From contig SHZE01000001.1 of NCBI GenBank assembly GCA_009692435.1, positions 13,243 through 77,242 of the forward strand: DNA of 64,000 bases. Reading direction: 5' to 3'. This document shows, in pieces, positions 1 to 10,055 of this stretch; position 1 is the first letter of the stretch, and every line of letters starts with the position of its first letter. This DNA is from Deltaproteobacteria bacterium. Lineage in GTDB: Bacteria; Desulfobacterota; Binatia; Bin18. The position numbers were made by a program, and so were the translations under genes. A model generated the notes under the pieces. That model ran no database searches, was not told the DNA's origin, and saw nothing but the letters and a program-made list of their open reading frames with translations.

Positions 1-2
1 TG

Positions 3-353
3 GAAAACCTGCTCAATGGGCAAGCTATCGTCGTTGATCGGTTCGACTTCGAGTATGAGATTCCCGGTTCGCGAATTGGCCTCCCCTCTCACTCGTCTTC
101 CGTAGTCGTGCGTATCAATCCCGCGGACTCCGACAGACCCACCCCTTTTGCTGCGCCCAATATCTACATCGGTCAGCCCGACGCGCAAATGATTCCAGCG
201 AATGTGATTCTCTTCCTCCGGCAAAATCGTCAGGTCCTTCCGCAATTGCCATACACGATGATTGTCCACATCACGGCGCGGGGGAGAACGGATGCTGGCC
301 AACGTGTGACGACGAATGCGATACGCTATACAGTCCAATTGACCCCGACCTGA
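3..353 (+). CDS. C-terminal fragment of a secreted repeat protein continuing from upstream of the window
   Basis: Open reading frame runs from base 3 with no stop until 353; composition resembles the following Ig-like lipoprotein. No recognisable catalytic motif. Confidence 0.3.
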   Translation, partial: ENLLNGQAIVVDRFDFEYEIPGSRIGLPSHSSSVVVRINPADSDRPTPFAAPNIYIGQPDAQMIPANVILFLRQNRQVLPQLPYTMIVHITARGRTDAGQRVTTNAIRYTVQLTPT

Positions 354-420
354 GAAAAGGTAGCCGCAGAAAAAATAGCTGAACAAGATCACAGACAGTG
401 AAAAGAAGAGTGGTGGATGG

Positions 421-1776
421 ATGAAAATTATAGCGCTTGTTCTTGTTACGTGCATGGCAAGCTGCGGAGGCACGGGCGGTGGACCCTCGAGTTCAGGAAA
501 ACCTTTTGTCTTCCAAGGACGAGGACGGCTGAATCTGATCGCTCAGCCTATCCCTAATACACCAAAAGCTTTAAAGATCACTGCGACGCTACTTGATCCA
601 CAAGGGAATCCGTTCCGTGACCAAATAATCGCTTTTTCAGCCGAGTTCGGAGACGCAACGATTGTCCCAGTCCTGGGCAACCCCACAGGCAGTCGAGGGG
701 TTGCTATCACTGATGATCTCGGACAAGCGAGGGTCACTCTTCTCGCCGGCCTCACTCTTGGTCGTATGCGACTCCTCGCTGAGACATTGCCCACTTTGAA
801 TATCGCCTCGGCTATTTCGGTGGAAATCAAGGAGCCGGGATTTATCGGTGGAACCGAGCTAGCAATCCTTCCCACTTCGGTACTATTCGTCAATCCACTC
901 GTAAGACCAGGCACCGACGGCCCCTTCACTATTTTCTCCGCAGTCGGAGGCGCTCCGCCTTTTCGCTGGGACCACACCAACCGGGATCTGGCAAAACTCG
1001 ATCCTCAAGGACTCATCCCCCCGAACATTTACCCGGAAGTCAAATACACGCTGATCGGACCTATTCCAACAGAAATTCCCCAGGTTCTAGAAGACACAGT
1101 CAGACTGACCGATTCAAGAGGAGACTTCGCTGAGGCCCCGGTAACCGTCATTTTTGCTTCATGTGAGTTAACATTCTCGGCACCCGATATTATCTTCGAC
1201 AACGCAAGACCTGGAGACAAGCTCGATATCAGAGTTACCAACAACGGTGTCCCACCGTTTACAATCAGCCACACCTTCCCTACCGCCGGAACACTGACCG
1301 TCACTGACGGTGGGATCATTACCTATACGGTCTCTGACCCAGTAGTCACGACAGCGAATGATACCGTCATCGTCCGCGATAGTCGCGGTTGTGTCGGCAC
1401 ATTCACCGTCTCGATTACTCCGGCTTCCGTCAACACGTTGACCTTAACTGCGATCCCGGCGAATCTCCCCGATGCCGTCGCTAATGTGGACATCACTGCG
1501 ATTGCCTTCGATATCGATAATCAGCCATTCGTAGGGGCAACTATCGTCTTCACCACTACCATAGGGACTCTCATAGAGGTTCCACCCGCCACTGATCCGG
1601 TTACAGCCGTCACTGATGCTAACGGAAAAGCACGTGTCATACTGCGTGTTGGGGACAATCCAGGTACAGACCCAGGCCCACCACCCACATCAGCACCCAG
1701 AACTATAACCGTAACGGCAACAGCAGCAACAGCGGGCGGTGGGAAGACTGCGACCGTGGATATCATCCAAGATTAG
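421..1776 (+). CDS. Putative lipoprotein with bacterial Ig-like (Big) repeat domains
   Basis: N-terminus MKIIALVLVTCMASCGG is a signal peptide with a lipobox-like Cys; the body is T/V/I/P-rich beta-strand repeats typical of Ig-like surface proteins. Confidence 0.4.
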   Translation: MKIIALVLVTCMASCGGTGGGPSSSGKPFVFQGRGRLNLIAQPIPNTPKALKITATLLDPQGNPFRDQIIAFSAEFGDATIVPVLGNPTGSRGVAITDDLGQARVTLLAGLTLGRMRLLAETLPTLNIASAISVEIKEPGFIGGTELAILPTSVLFVNPLVRPGTDGPFTIFSAVGGAPPFRWDHTNRDLAKLDPQGLIPPNIYPEVKYTLIGPIPTEIPQVLEDTVRLTDSRGDFAEAPVTVIFASCELTFSAPDIIFDNARPGDKLDIRVTNNGVPPFTISHTFPTAGTLTVTDGGIITYTVSDPVVTTANDTVIVRDSRGCVGTFTVSITPASVNTLTLTAIPANLPDAVANVDITAIAFDIDNQPFVGATIVFTTTIGTLIEVPPATDPVTAVTDANGKARVILRVGDNPGTDPGPPPTSAPRTITVTATAATAGGGKTATVDIIQD

Positions 1777-1940
1777 TGATCTCACTTCACTGCGCGGAGG
1801 AACGACCACCGTTCCTCCGCCCTGCTGCTCGTGTTGACGCCACATCGAGAGGTTTGTAGTGTACCCCGATGTGGCGTCATAACTCCTCCCCCGCAAAGAC
1901 CCTCAACACTGGCCAACCTCACGCTCGTCCTTCTGGCCAA

Positions 1941-3173
1941 ATGGGCCATGAGCGCGACCGTCACCAAGCAGAACTTCGTCCCCCCTGCCCTCATTACCCA
2001 GCCTGTCACGGCTGTCCTTTTCTTCAGTTTCCGTACCGAGAACAGTTGGCCAAGAAACAGGAGATTGTCGCTCGGGCTTTGCACGAGTATTCATCTCTGA
2101 CCTCTGTCGAAGTCCCGCTCCCCGTCCCTTCCGCCCGCCAGTTTGGCTATCGTGCACGGACCAAATTAGCGGTCCGCAAAGTCAAAGACAAAATTCTGAT
2201 CGGGCTCTACGTTCCCGAGTCCCATGCGGTGGTGGACATATCGGCCTGTCCGGTCCACCCGCAGCCGGTCAACCAGATCATTCAATTTCTCAAAGAGGCA
2301 ATTGAAAGGTTCGGCATCATTCCTTACGACGAGGAACATGACACCGGCCAGTTGCGCTATATCGATCTGCGCTACAGCTTCTGGCAACAGCAGGTGGTGC
2401 TGACCCTCGTCACCCGCCACATGCACTTTCCACAGGTCCGCGACCTGCTCCGCGTCCTCGAACGTCAGTTCCCATTTCTGATCGGTGTCGTCCAGAATAT
2501 CAACGACAAACCCGGCAACGTAATCTGGGGAGAGCGGTTTTCTCCGCTCCGGGGACGCGATGCGCTGTTGGAAAAGCTGGGCGAATTAAAAATGAGTATC
2601 CCCGTGGATGCCTTCTCCCAAGTGAACACGCAGGTCTCCCGCAAGCTGTATGAAAAGACCCTGGAATGGGCGGGATTGACTGGAAAAGAAATCGCCTTCG
2701 ATCTCTACTGTGGCATTGGTCCGATCTCACTCTTCCTCGCCTCTCAGGCGCAGTTAGTGATCGGGATTGATGACAACGTTGGCGCGATTAACACGGCCAA
2801 GCAGAACGCCCGCCGCAATGGCTACAATAATTGTCGCTTTTTTGCCGGGGATGCCGCCGAAAAACTTCGCGAGACCGCCATTTCGGTCGCTCATGTCGAT
2901 GTGATCGTCGCCAATCCACCCCGCAAAGGATTAAGTGTCGATGCTTTTGCCGCGATCCTCGCAACGAAAACACCGAAGATTATCTACATTTCCTGTGCCC
3001 CAGCCACTCTTGCCCGCGATCTTGATCGTTTTTCCGTTGAAGGGTATTTCGTGCAACGAGTGCAGCCCTTCGATATGTTTCCTCAGACCAGTAAAGTCGA
3101 GACCATTGCACTGCTCGAACGGACACCTCCTCTTGTTGTCTCACCTCTGACTTTTACACCGCTAGCGCAATAA
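1941..3173 (+). CDS. 23S rRNA (uracil-C5)-methyltransferase, RlmC/RlmD (RumA) family; start could instead be 1869
   Basis: N-terminal Cys cluster CPHYPACHGCPF (Fe-S site as in RlmC), SAM-methyltransferase fold, and the family signature motif VIVANPPRKG near the C-terminus. Confidence 0.7.
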   Translation: MGHERDRHQAELRPPCPHYPACHGCPFLQFPYREQLAKKQEIVARALHEYSSLTSVEVPLPVPSARQFGYRARTKLAVRKVKDKILIGLYVPESHAVVDISACPVHPQPVNQIIQFLKEAIERFGIIPYDEEHDTGQLRYIDLRYSFWQQQVVLTLVTRHMHFPQVRDLLRVLERQFPFLIGVVQNINDKPGNVIWGERFSPLRGRDALLEKLGELKMSIPVDAFSQVNTQVSRKLYEKTLEWAGLTGKEIAFDLYCGIGPISLFLASQAQLVIGIDDNVGAINTAKQNARRNGYNNCRFFAGDAAEKLRETAISVAHVDVIVANPPRKGLSVDAFAAILATKTPKIIYISCAPATLARDLDRFSVEGYFVQRVQPFDMFPQTSKVETIALLERTPPLVVSPLTFTPLAQ

Positions 3174-3208
3174 CGCTCGTCGCAGTCAGGAGGAAAGGAA
3201 CCTCACGC

Positions 3209-3955
3209 ATGGCGCTGACCTCTACGACCCTTTCGCCAGTAGCAACATCGTTGTTCCCCTCGGTTTGGTTACAGGCGAACGGATGGAACCATATCCCTCG
3301 CCTCATTCATGGATTCTCCCAGCGGATTGATGACCGGCACCTTGCGCTCGCCACGCTCAATGCGGAAACCCTTCCTCTCCACACGTTGAAACAGGTACAC
3401 GGAGACGACATTCTCATTGTCCACCAGGAAAGCGATACCAACGACCGGCCAGAGGCAGATGGCCTTATGAGTCGCGAGTCCGGCGTCCTCCTTGGTATCG
3501 CCACCGCGGATTGTGTTCCCGTGCTCATGGTTGCTCCTGAACATGGCCTCATTGCCGCTCTTCACGCCGGGTGGCGTGGAACACTCAAGGGAATCAGTCA
3601 GCGCGCGGTTACCATGCTCAATGACCGCTGGCGGATTAAGCCGGCAAGTGTCTGGGTTGCACTCGGTCCCTCTATTTCTCTCTGTTGTTACGAAGTTGGG
3701 CGCGATGTCGGAGAGGCCCTCCATGAACGCTGGCGCTCACAATCAGCCTGGCACCCTCACGGAACGGGAGACAAAGGCTTTCTTGATCTTCGTGCCGTCA
3801 ATCGTGCGCAATGTGAGGGCGTTGGAGTTCCCGCGGCACAGATTCAATCGGTCGGCCCATGTACCTTTTGCGCATCACCCGACTTTGCTTCATATCGCCG
3901 TGAAGGGGCTGGAGCTGGACGACAACTCAGTGTCATCGGTTGGCGGAAAGACTAA
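3209..3955 (+). CDS. pgeF: Peptidoglycan editing factor PgeF / YfiH (laccase-domain, DUF152) family
   Basis: Motifs QVHGDDILIV, ADCVPVLM, HAGWRGT and C..C..C are characteristic of the YfiH/PgeF family. Confidence 0.7.
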   Translation: MALTSTTLSPVATSLFPSVWLQANGWNHIPRLIHGFSQRIDDRHLALATLNAETLPLHTLKQVHGDDILIVHQESDTNDRPEADGLMSRESGVLLGIATADCVPVLMVAPEHGLIAALHAGWRGTLKGISQRAVTMLNDRWRIKPASVWVALGPSISLCCYEVGRDVGEALHERWRSQSAWHPHGTGDKGFLDLRAVNRAQCEGVGVPAAQIQSVGPCTFCASPDFASYRREGAGAGRQLSVIGWRKD

Positions 3956-3999
3956 CGCATGCTGCTGACGCTACTGGCACCTTAGGAGAGTCCACTAAA

Positions 4000-5013
4000 A
4001 TGCGTATCGCCGTTATTGGAGCTGGGGGATGGGGAACCGCGCTCGCGACACTAGTCGCCACGGCGGGACACCAGGTCCGCGTCTGGGTGCGTCGGTCCGC
4101 ACTCTACGAGCAGTTGACGAAGGAACAGCAGAATTCGGCTTATCTTCCAAATGTGCGACTGCCATCGACCTTGACCTATACGACCGCTCTTTCTGAAGCA
4201 GCCATGCAAGCCGAATTGGTGATTTTTGCTGTTCCTTCTCACGCCTTGCGGGGGGTTGCCCGTTCCCTTGCTCCGTTGCTCACCGGCACCCCACTGTTCG
4301 TCAGTGCCACCAAGGGAATCGAAGAAGAAACGCTCCAAACCATGACTACTGTTTTAAGCGAAGAACTGCCAACAACCCTGCGACATCGAATTTCCGTCCT
4401 CTCAGGTCCAAGCTTTGCCGCGGAGGTTGCGCGTGGATTACCCACTGCGGTCACGGTTGCCGCCGCTCATGAAGCTGTCGCGACCGACACCCAGAAAGTA
4501 TTTTCGTTGTCCCGTTTTCGCGTCTATACCACCACAGATGTAGTTGGGGTTGAGATTGGTGGCGCGGTCAAAAACGTTATTGCTATCGCGGCTGGCGTCA
4601 GTGATGGTCTTGGGTCGGGCTACAGCGCGCGAGCAGCGTTAATCACCCGTGGACTGGCGGAAATGACGCGCTTGGCGGTTCGTCTCGGCGCGACTCCACA
4701 AACGCTGTCCGGTCTTTCGGGAATGGGAGATCTCGTGCTCACCTGCACCAGCGATCTCAGTCGTAACCATACAGTTGGGGTACGCATTGGCCGTGGAGAA
4801 AAAATCTCGGACATTCTTCAGAGTATGACCATGGTGGCCGAAGGAGTGCGCACGTGCCGCTCTGTTCATGCCCTCGCCCAGCGATTAGGCACAGATATGC
4901 CCATCATTGAGCAAGTGTACGCTTTGTTGTACGAAGCAAAGTCGCCACACCAAGTGGTCGTGGATTTGCTGACTCGTGAATCAAAGCCGGAATTTTGGCC
5001 GGGGGAAAATTGA
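4000..5013 (+). CDS. gpsA: NAD(P)H-dependent glycerol-3-phosphate dehydrogenase
   Basis: N-terminal Rossmann motif MRIAVIGAGGWGTALA; full-length GpsA-like sequence with GAVKNVIAIAAG. The upstream ORF start at 3940 is probably an over-extension. Confidence 0.85.
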   Translation: MRIAVIGAGGWGTALATLVATAGHQVRVWVRRSALYEQLTKEQQNSAYLPNVRLPSTLTYTTALSEAAMQAELVIFAVPSHALRGVARSLAPLLTGTPLFVSATKGIEEETLQTMTTVLSEELPTTLRHRISVLSGPSFAAEVARGLPTAVTVAAAHEAVATDTQKVFSLSRFRVYTTTDVVGVEIGGAVKNVIAIAAGVSDGLGSGYSARAALITRGLAEMTRLAVRLGATPQTLSGLSGMGDLVLTCTSDLSRNHTVGVRIGRGEKISDILQSMTMVAEGVRTCRSVHALAQRLGTDMPIIEQVYALLYEAKSPHQVVVDLLTRESKPEFWPGEN

Positions 5014-5038
5014 CATCTTTTCGCCAGTGTGGTGAGAT
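5010..5038 (+). promoter_or_regulatory. Putative sigma70-type promoter for rpmH-rnpA-yidD-yidC operon (TTGACA-N17-TGAGAT)
   Basis: Consensus -35 hexamer TTGACA at 5010-5015 with 17-nt spacer to TGAGAT, about 50 nt upstream of rpmH. The -10 is weak. Confidence 0.3.
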
Positions 5039-5089
5039 GCCGCGCCTACCAGAAAGGAATCTGCGGAAACCCCGCATGGATGGATGCCA

Positions 5090-5251
5090 ATGAAAAGAAC
5101 GTATCAGCCCAGTAATGTCCGCCGCAAACGGACGCACGGTTTTCGCAAACGCATGAGCACCACAGCCGGTCGCGCCGTTCTCAAACGCCGACGGGACAAA
5201 GGACGTAGACGCCTCGTTGTCACTGTCCCCCCCAAGCCAGCACACCGGTGA
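5090..5251 (+). CDS. rpmH: 50S ribosomal protein L34 (missed by ORF track, <60 aa)
   Basis: Manual translation gives [44 protein letters not shown]..., a near-consensus L34, sitting immediately upstream of rnpA with stop/start overlap. Confidence 0.85.
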   Translation: MKRTYQPSNVRRKRTHGFRKRMSTTAGRAVLKRRRDKGRRRLVVTVPPKPAHR

Positions 5252-5610
5252 ACCCTGCTGTCCCATTGTTGACGTTTCCGAAAGAAGCACGGCTCCTCGC
5301 ACGTCGCGAGTTCTTGCTCTTACAACAGCGCGGAAAGAAACGGCACGGCCAGCATTTCTTAGTCATCACCGCACCGGGCCGCACCCAGCGGTCCCGTCTC
5401 GGCATAACGACCTCGCGTCGCTTCGGCAAGTCTGTGGACCGGAATCGTATGAAACGGTTGTTGCGCGAATTTTTTCGTGAACGCCAACATGGTCTCTTTC
5501 CAGCCGTCGATATTGTTATTATTCCCAAGGCCGGAGCCCAAGAGCTTTCGCTTCTCCAAATTGATGTGGAACTCGAACGGCTCCTTTCTCTGTCCAAGCG
5601 CGCTTCCTGA
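5248..5610 (+). CDS. rnpA: Ribonuclease P protein component
   Basis: 120 aa basic protein with the RnpA motif region ([16 protein letters not shown]) in the conserved position after rpmH; GTG start overlaps the rpmH stop. Confidence 0.8.
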   Translation: MNPAVPLLTFPKEARLLARREFLLLQQRGKKRHGQHFLVITAPGRTQRSRLGITTSRRFGKSVDRNRMKRLLREFFRERQHGLFPAVDIVIIPKAGAQELSLLQIDVELERLLSLSKRAS

Positions 5611-5611
5611 C

Positions 5612-5872
5612 ATGATGGCCTTCCTACGCTCAACACTAGACAGAGTAGGTCCCCTTTCCGTGGGGACACAGATGCTCGTGAGCCTCGTACTCCTGTACCG
5701 GTGGTGTCTCGCCCCACTGCTTGGCCCCGCGTGTAGATTTTTCCCAACCTGTTCGGCCTACGCGCTTGACGCTCTCCAGAAATATGGTGCCCTCCGGGGA
5801 AGCAAACTCACACTCCTGCGTTTGGCAAAGTGCCATCCGTGGCATCCTGGAGGCGACGATCCGCTCCACTGA
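5612..5872 (+). CDS. yidD: Membrane protein insertion efficiency factor YidD
   Basis: Motif YRWCLAPLLGPACRFFPTCSAYALDALQKYG is the YidD signature. Start reset to the ATG at 5612; the ORF-track start at 5477 overlaps rnpA. Confidence 0.8.
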   Translation: MMAFLRSTLDRVGPLSVGTQMLVSLVLLYRWCLAPLLGPACRFFPTCSAYALDALQKYGALRGSKLTLLRLAKCHPWHPGGDDPLH

Positions 5873-5935
5873 CGATACTGAGAATACCGTGGAACGTACA
5901 ATGCCAAGGATTGGCAACTAAGGACCCGATTTTCC

Positions 5936-7588
5936 GTGGAAAGACAAACCATTCTTGCTGTGCTCCTCTCGCTCACCGTGCTCATTGGGTATCAGCTTCT
6001 GATCGCACACTTGTATCCGCCACCTCCGCCAGGCACCCCACCCTTTTCGGAACCGAGCGCCACAAACCCCACTGAGAGAAAGCCTCTCATTCCCACACCG
6101 ACGGAATCGCTCACACCGCCAGTGGACAATACTATTGTTCCGCCACCACCGCCGAGTGCGGTCACCAGTGCCCGCGAGTTCACGGTCGAAACCGATGTCT
6201 ATACGGCGACCCTCACCTCTCTCGGTGGAACGCTAAAAAGTCTCCGTCTCAAACAATACCCAGGGGACGAAGGACGAAACTCTCCACCGCGAGAGATGAT
6301 CCATCCGGGAGGGAACGGAGAGCTACCACTCGAAGTCCGGCTCGAAGGCAAGGGCATCGCGCTGAGCGACGCGGGAGTCTCCTATCAAACGAGCACCGGA
6401 AGTACAGTCACCGTACAAGGCGATGAACAAGCCACGATTGAGTTTCGGGGAACAGCATCGACCGGTACTACGATCACCAAGCGTCTGACCTTTACCGGGA
6501 AGACCTATGGGATCACGTTAGAAACGAAAATTGAAAACGCCCCACAGAATGTTTCTCTCCTCTCCGTGATGTGGAACCATGCGCTTGACCAGAAGAAGGC
6601 CGCCGACTCCTATGTCACGCATGGACCAGTTGCCCTGATCGGGCGAAAATTTCTTTACGAAGTCGCCACCGACCTGGTGACAAACGAACAACAGTATGGG
6701 CCCGACAACATCCGCTGGGCGGGCTACGCCGATACCTATTTTCTCTCAGCGATCATTCCACCTGAGGGGGAGACCCACGCTCTTCTCATGAGCGCCAAGG
6801 CTGGCACCGTAGCAACCAAACTCGCGATTCCCTGGAATCCACAGACCGTCACCTATACCGTGTATATTGGCCCAAAGGAGTTCTCCGCGCTGAATGCGGT
6901 CCATCCGTCACTGGACCGCGCCATTGATTTTGGCTGGTCCCATTTTATTGCTCGTCCGTTGCTGTCGTTTCTCAACCTCTTGCATTCCCTAACGGGAAAT
7001 TACGGCATTGATATCATTCTTCTCACCGTTCTCGTCAAACTCGCTTTCTTTCCGCTCAGTATTAAATCGTTTAAGTCGATGGCTGCCATGCGAGAGCTCC
7101 AGCCGCAACTTGAACAGCTCCGCGCGCAGTACCAAGATAATCGTGAGTCACTGAACCGCGAAACGATGGAGATGTATCGCCGCCATAAGATCAATCCGTT
7201 AGGAGGCTGTCTGCCGCTGCTCATCCAGCTCCCGGTGTTTATCGGTCTCTATCAAGCGCTGATGATGGCGATTGAACTCCGCCAGGCGCCGTTCTTTAGC
7301 TGGATTCAAGACTTGTCCTCACCTGATCGACTTGGGGCTTTCGTCGTTCCTTTTGTCGATCCCCCAGGAGTTCCTGTCTTGACCATCCTGATGGGGGCGA
7401 CAATGATCATGCAACAAGCCATGACACCGATGCCAGGAGATCCGATTCAACAGAAAATGATGATGATCATGCCGCTGATCTTTACTGTCATGTTTGTCAA
7501 TTTTCCCGCCGGCCTCGTCTTGTATTGGCTTGTGAACAACGTCTTGAGTATCACTCAGCAGTACGCCTATAATAAGGGCCTGGTGTAA
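5936..7588 (+). CDS. yidC: Membrane protein insertase YidC
   Basis: N-terminal TM segment, large periplasmic domain, and C-terminal 5-TM core with conserved YidC motifs (LLIQLPVFIGLYQ, NFPAGLVLYW). Confidence 0.9.
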   Translation: MERQTILAVLLSLTVLIGYQLLIAHLYPPPPPGTPPFSEPSATNPTERKPLIPTPTESLTPPVDNTIVPPPPPSAVTSAREFTVETDVYTATLTSLGGTLKSLRLKQYPGDEGRNSPPREMIHPGGNGELPLEVRLEGKGIALSDAGVSYQTSTGSTVTVQGDEQATIEFRGTASTGTTITKRLTFTGKTYGITLETKIENAPQNVSLLSVMWNHALDQKKAADSYVTHGPVALIGRKFLYEVATDLVTNEQQYGPDNIRWAGYADTYFLSAIIPPEGETHALLMSAKAGTVATKLAIPWNPQTVTYTVYIGPKEFSALNAVHPSLDRAIDFGWSHFIARPLLSFLNLLHSLTGNYGIDIILLTVLVKLAFFPLSIKSFKSMAAMRELQPQLEQLRAQYQDNRESLNRETMEMYRRHKINPLGGCLPLLIQLPVFIGLYQALMMAIELRQAPFFSWIQDLSSPDRLGAFVVPFVDPPGVPVLTILMGATMIMQQAMTPMPGDPIQQKMMMIMPLIFTVMFVNFPAGLVLYWLVNNVLSITQQYAYNKGLV

Positions 7589-7608
7589 TTGGGGAGAAGG
7601 AACAAGAG

Positions 7609-8586
7609 ATGAACACGGTTGAAGTAGAAGCAGCGACAATTGAAGAAGCGATCGTGAACGCCCTAAAACAACTGCAGGTTGAGCGGGAGCGTGCCGAGAT
7701 CGAAGTCTTGGCGCAACCGACCAAGGGGTTTTTAGGTATTGGTGGTAAAAAAGCCCGTGTTCGTGCCACTCTCCGAGTGCCGTTATCCGCTCGCATACAA
7801 GAGCCTCCCCCTCCTCCAGTGGAACCACGGCGCCCCACGGAAGCCCAACGCCCGGCGGAACCGCAGCGGGCCGCGGAACCTCGCCGTCAGGCGGAACCTC
7901 AACGCTCGACTGAACCTCGACGGCCAGCAGAACCTCAACGCTCGATTGAACCCCAACACAGGGCAGATCGCCGACCCGTAGAATCCCGACGCCCGGTCGA
8001 ACCTCCACGCCCACGTCCACGACAAGAAGAACCAGCGGGCGAGGCATCATCAGATGCCATTCCTCAGCTCTCCCCGGAAATGAGAGAAAAAGCCTCCGCT
8101 ACCCTGAAAGACATCCTCCAGCGGATGAATACGGAAGCGCGCGTCGCCCTGGAAATACGCGATGGAGAAGCGCTCCTAACCGCCACCGCCACCGGGAACA
8201 CCCCGGAAGGCTTTCTCGTTGGTCATCGCGGACAAACGCTGGATGCCCTGGAATATCTGCTCAATAGCATCATAACCAAAAGCGATGAAACCGAGACTCG
8301 CGTGACGCTCGATATCGAAGGGTATCGGGAACGCCGCTGGAAAAGCTTAGAAAGCCTGGCGTTGCGATTAGGCGAACGAGCCAAGCGGCGGCGCAAGACC
8401 ATTACCCTCAGCCCCATGAGTCCCCGTGACCGTCGCGTGATCCATCTCACACTCCAAGAAGACCCACTCGTGACCACCAAAAGCATGGGACGCGGCTATT
8501 TTCGCCAAGTGACGATCGTGCCCGAAGAAGGCGCACGCCGCGAGCGCGTGCACGGAACTGAACGAGACACAAGCAGCGATTCGTAG
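7609..8586 (+). CDS. khpB: RNA-binding protein Jag/KhpB (Jag_N + KH + R3H), with an internal Pro/Arg/Glu-rich tandem-repeat linker
   Basis: Jag_N motif (EVEAATIEEAI, GFLGIGGKKARVRA) and C-terminal KH/R3H (RRVIHLTLQED), in the conserved yidC-jag-mnmE position. The central part carries (A/T)EPQR(S/A)xEPRRP repeats. Confidence 0.8.
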   Translation: MNTVEVEAATIEEAIVNALKQLQVERERAEIEVLAQPTKGFLGIGGKKARVRATLRVPLSARIQEPPPPPVEPRRPTEAQRPAEPQRAAEPRRQAEPQRSTEPRRPAEPQRSIEPQHRADRRPVESRRPVEPPRPRPRQEEPAGEASSDAIPQLSPEMREKASATLKDILQRMNTEARVALEIRDGEALLTATATGNTPEGFLVGHRGQTLDALEYLLNSIITKSDETETRVTLDIEGYRERRWKSLESLALRLGERAKRRRKTITLSPMSPRDRRVIHLTLQEDPLVTTKSMGRGYFRQVTIVPEEGARRERVHGTERDTSSDS

Positions 8587-8606
8587 TCGCGCGGGGCGTC
8601 TGGTTT

Positions 8607-8647
8607 GAGACTTGAGGTCTGAGGTTTTTTTACGTTTTACGTTTTGA
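8607..8647 (+). terminator. Post-jag terminator region: GAGACTTGAGGTCTGAGG hairpin, T7 tract, then a half ACGTTTT element
   Basis: agacttgaggtct stem-loop followed by ttttttt, then tacgttttacgttttga (one arm of the ACGTAAA palindromic family). Confidence 0.5.
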
Positions 8648-8659
8648 TTTCTTCCCCAC

Positions 8660-10048
8660 GTGTACGCCCATGACACAATCGCCGCGATTGCTACCCCTCC
8701 TGGTCACGGTGGAGTAGCGATCATTCGCATGAGCGGTCCCCACGCAGAGACCATCGCGCGCCAAGCGTTTCTCTTTTCCCAGCCACGCGAAACCTTGCAG
8801 TCTCATTATTGCTACCTCGGCCAGGTCCGCGACCCCGAGACCGGCCACTGCTTTGACCAAGCCTTGTTGGTCGCCATGCGCGCGCCGCACAGCTATACCG
8901 GGGAAGAGGTAGTCGAGATTCATTGTCATGGCGGACAGCTCCTCTCACACCGCGTCCTTGCGGTCATGCTTCGGCAAGGGGCGCGCATGGCCGAGCCTGG
9001 GGAATTCACCAAACGCGCGTTTCTCAATAATCGGCTCGACCTCTCGCAAGCAGAAGCGGTCCTGGACCTCATCCACGCCAAATCAAACCAGGGACTCAAC
9101 CTAGCGTGGGAACAACTCTCAGGTCGCTTGTCCGATGTCTGTATGACATTGCGCGAACGACTAGTTGGGCTGACGGCCTATATCGAAGCCTTTATCGACT
9201 TTCCCGACGAAGACCTACCCGAAAAAGCTCAGCACGAATTGGACGCCGAGATGAACGTCCTGGCAACCGACATCGCCACCTTGGCCGCGACATTTACCCA
9301 AGGAAAAATCTACCGCGAAGGGTGCCGGACGGTGATTGTGGGAAAGCCGAATGTGGGGAAGTCGAGCCTATTAAATCTGCTCTCAGGAACAGAACGCGCG
9401 ATTGTGACCTCTATCCCTGGCACAACACGGGACATTCTTGAAGAAACCGTGACCCTCAACGGGATTCCGCTGGTGATATGGGATACCGCCGGGCTGCGGG
9501 AAACCAGCGATGTCGTCGAACAAATAGGAGTGGAACGCGCGAAAGCTGGAATACAAGCGGCAGAGCTCGTGCTGGCGGTTTTTGATGCTTCACAACCTCT
9601 AGACGTGCAGGATGAAGCCGTGCTCTCGACCATCCAACAGAAAAGAACCATCCCGATTCTCAACAAAGTCGATTTACCCATGGTCGTGTCCGCAGCGGAT
9701 TTGCACCCGCAACCGCACCTGATGCCCCCGGTGTTGCTCTCAACCACCACAGGTGTTGGTCTTGAGGCACTAGGCAAAAGCGTCAGACACGCCCTTTTTA
9801 CCCAGGAATCAACACTCACGGAAAACGAACCAGGAGCAACCGTGCTCCGCGTCCGTCATCATGACGCGCTGATCAAAGCGGAAGAGATGCTTCGTCAGGC
9901 TCGGCAAAACTTGCACGGCGGGATTCCGCTTGATCTGCTCGCGGTTGATCTCCGTACCGCGCTCGATCATATTGGCGAGATCACCGGTCATGTAAACACA
10001 GAAGATATTCTCGATCGCGTCTTTCGCGATTTTTGTATCGGGAAGTAA
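8660..10048 (+). CDS. mnmE: tRNA modification GTPase MnmE
   Basis: N-terminus [16 protein letters not shown]-domain [12 protein letters not shown]...DTAG, C-terminal CIGK; GTG start. Confidence 0.9.
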   Translation: MYAHDTIAAIATPPGHGGVAIIRMSGPHAETIARQAFLFSQPRETLQSHYCYLGQVRDPETGHCFDQALLVAMRAPHSYTGEEVVEIHCHGGQLLSHRVLAVMLRQGARMAEPGEFTKRAFLNNRLDLSQAEAVLDLIHAKSNQGLNLAWEQLSGRLSDVCMTLRERLVGLTAYIEAFIDFPDEDLPEKAQHELDAEMNVLATDIATLAATFTQGKIYREGCRTVIVGKPNVGKSSLLNLLSGTERAIVTSIPGTTRDILEETVTLNGIPLVIWDTAGLRETSDVVEQIGVERAKAGIQAAELVLAVFDASQPLDVQDEAVLSTIQQKRTIPILNKVDLPMVVSAADLHPQPHLMPPVLLSTTTGVGLEALGKSVRHALFTQESTLTENEPGATVLRVRHHDALIKAEEMLRQARQNLHGGIPLDLLAVDLRTALDHIGEITGHVNTEDILDRVFRDFCIGK

Positions 10049-10055
10049 GGAAGCT

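Noticed and set aside
543-980. Antisense and shadow ORFs nested inside well-supported genes (e.g. 543-980, 7319-8050, 10239-10796, 35258-35752, 40625-41101, 49556-50008, 52139-52795, 53782-54549 and many others)
   Set aside because: Typical of high-GC genomes. They overlap strongly conserved housekeeping genes on the other strand and have no recognisable motifs or start contexts, so they are treated as spurious.
1690-1896. Minus-strand ORF with a CCCCCRYGYSSGC low-complexity tail overlapping the 3' end of the Ig-like lipoprotein gene
   Set aside because: Antisense to a better-supported ORF, with low-complexity composition and no start context.
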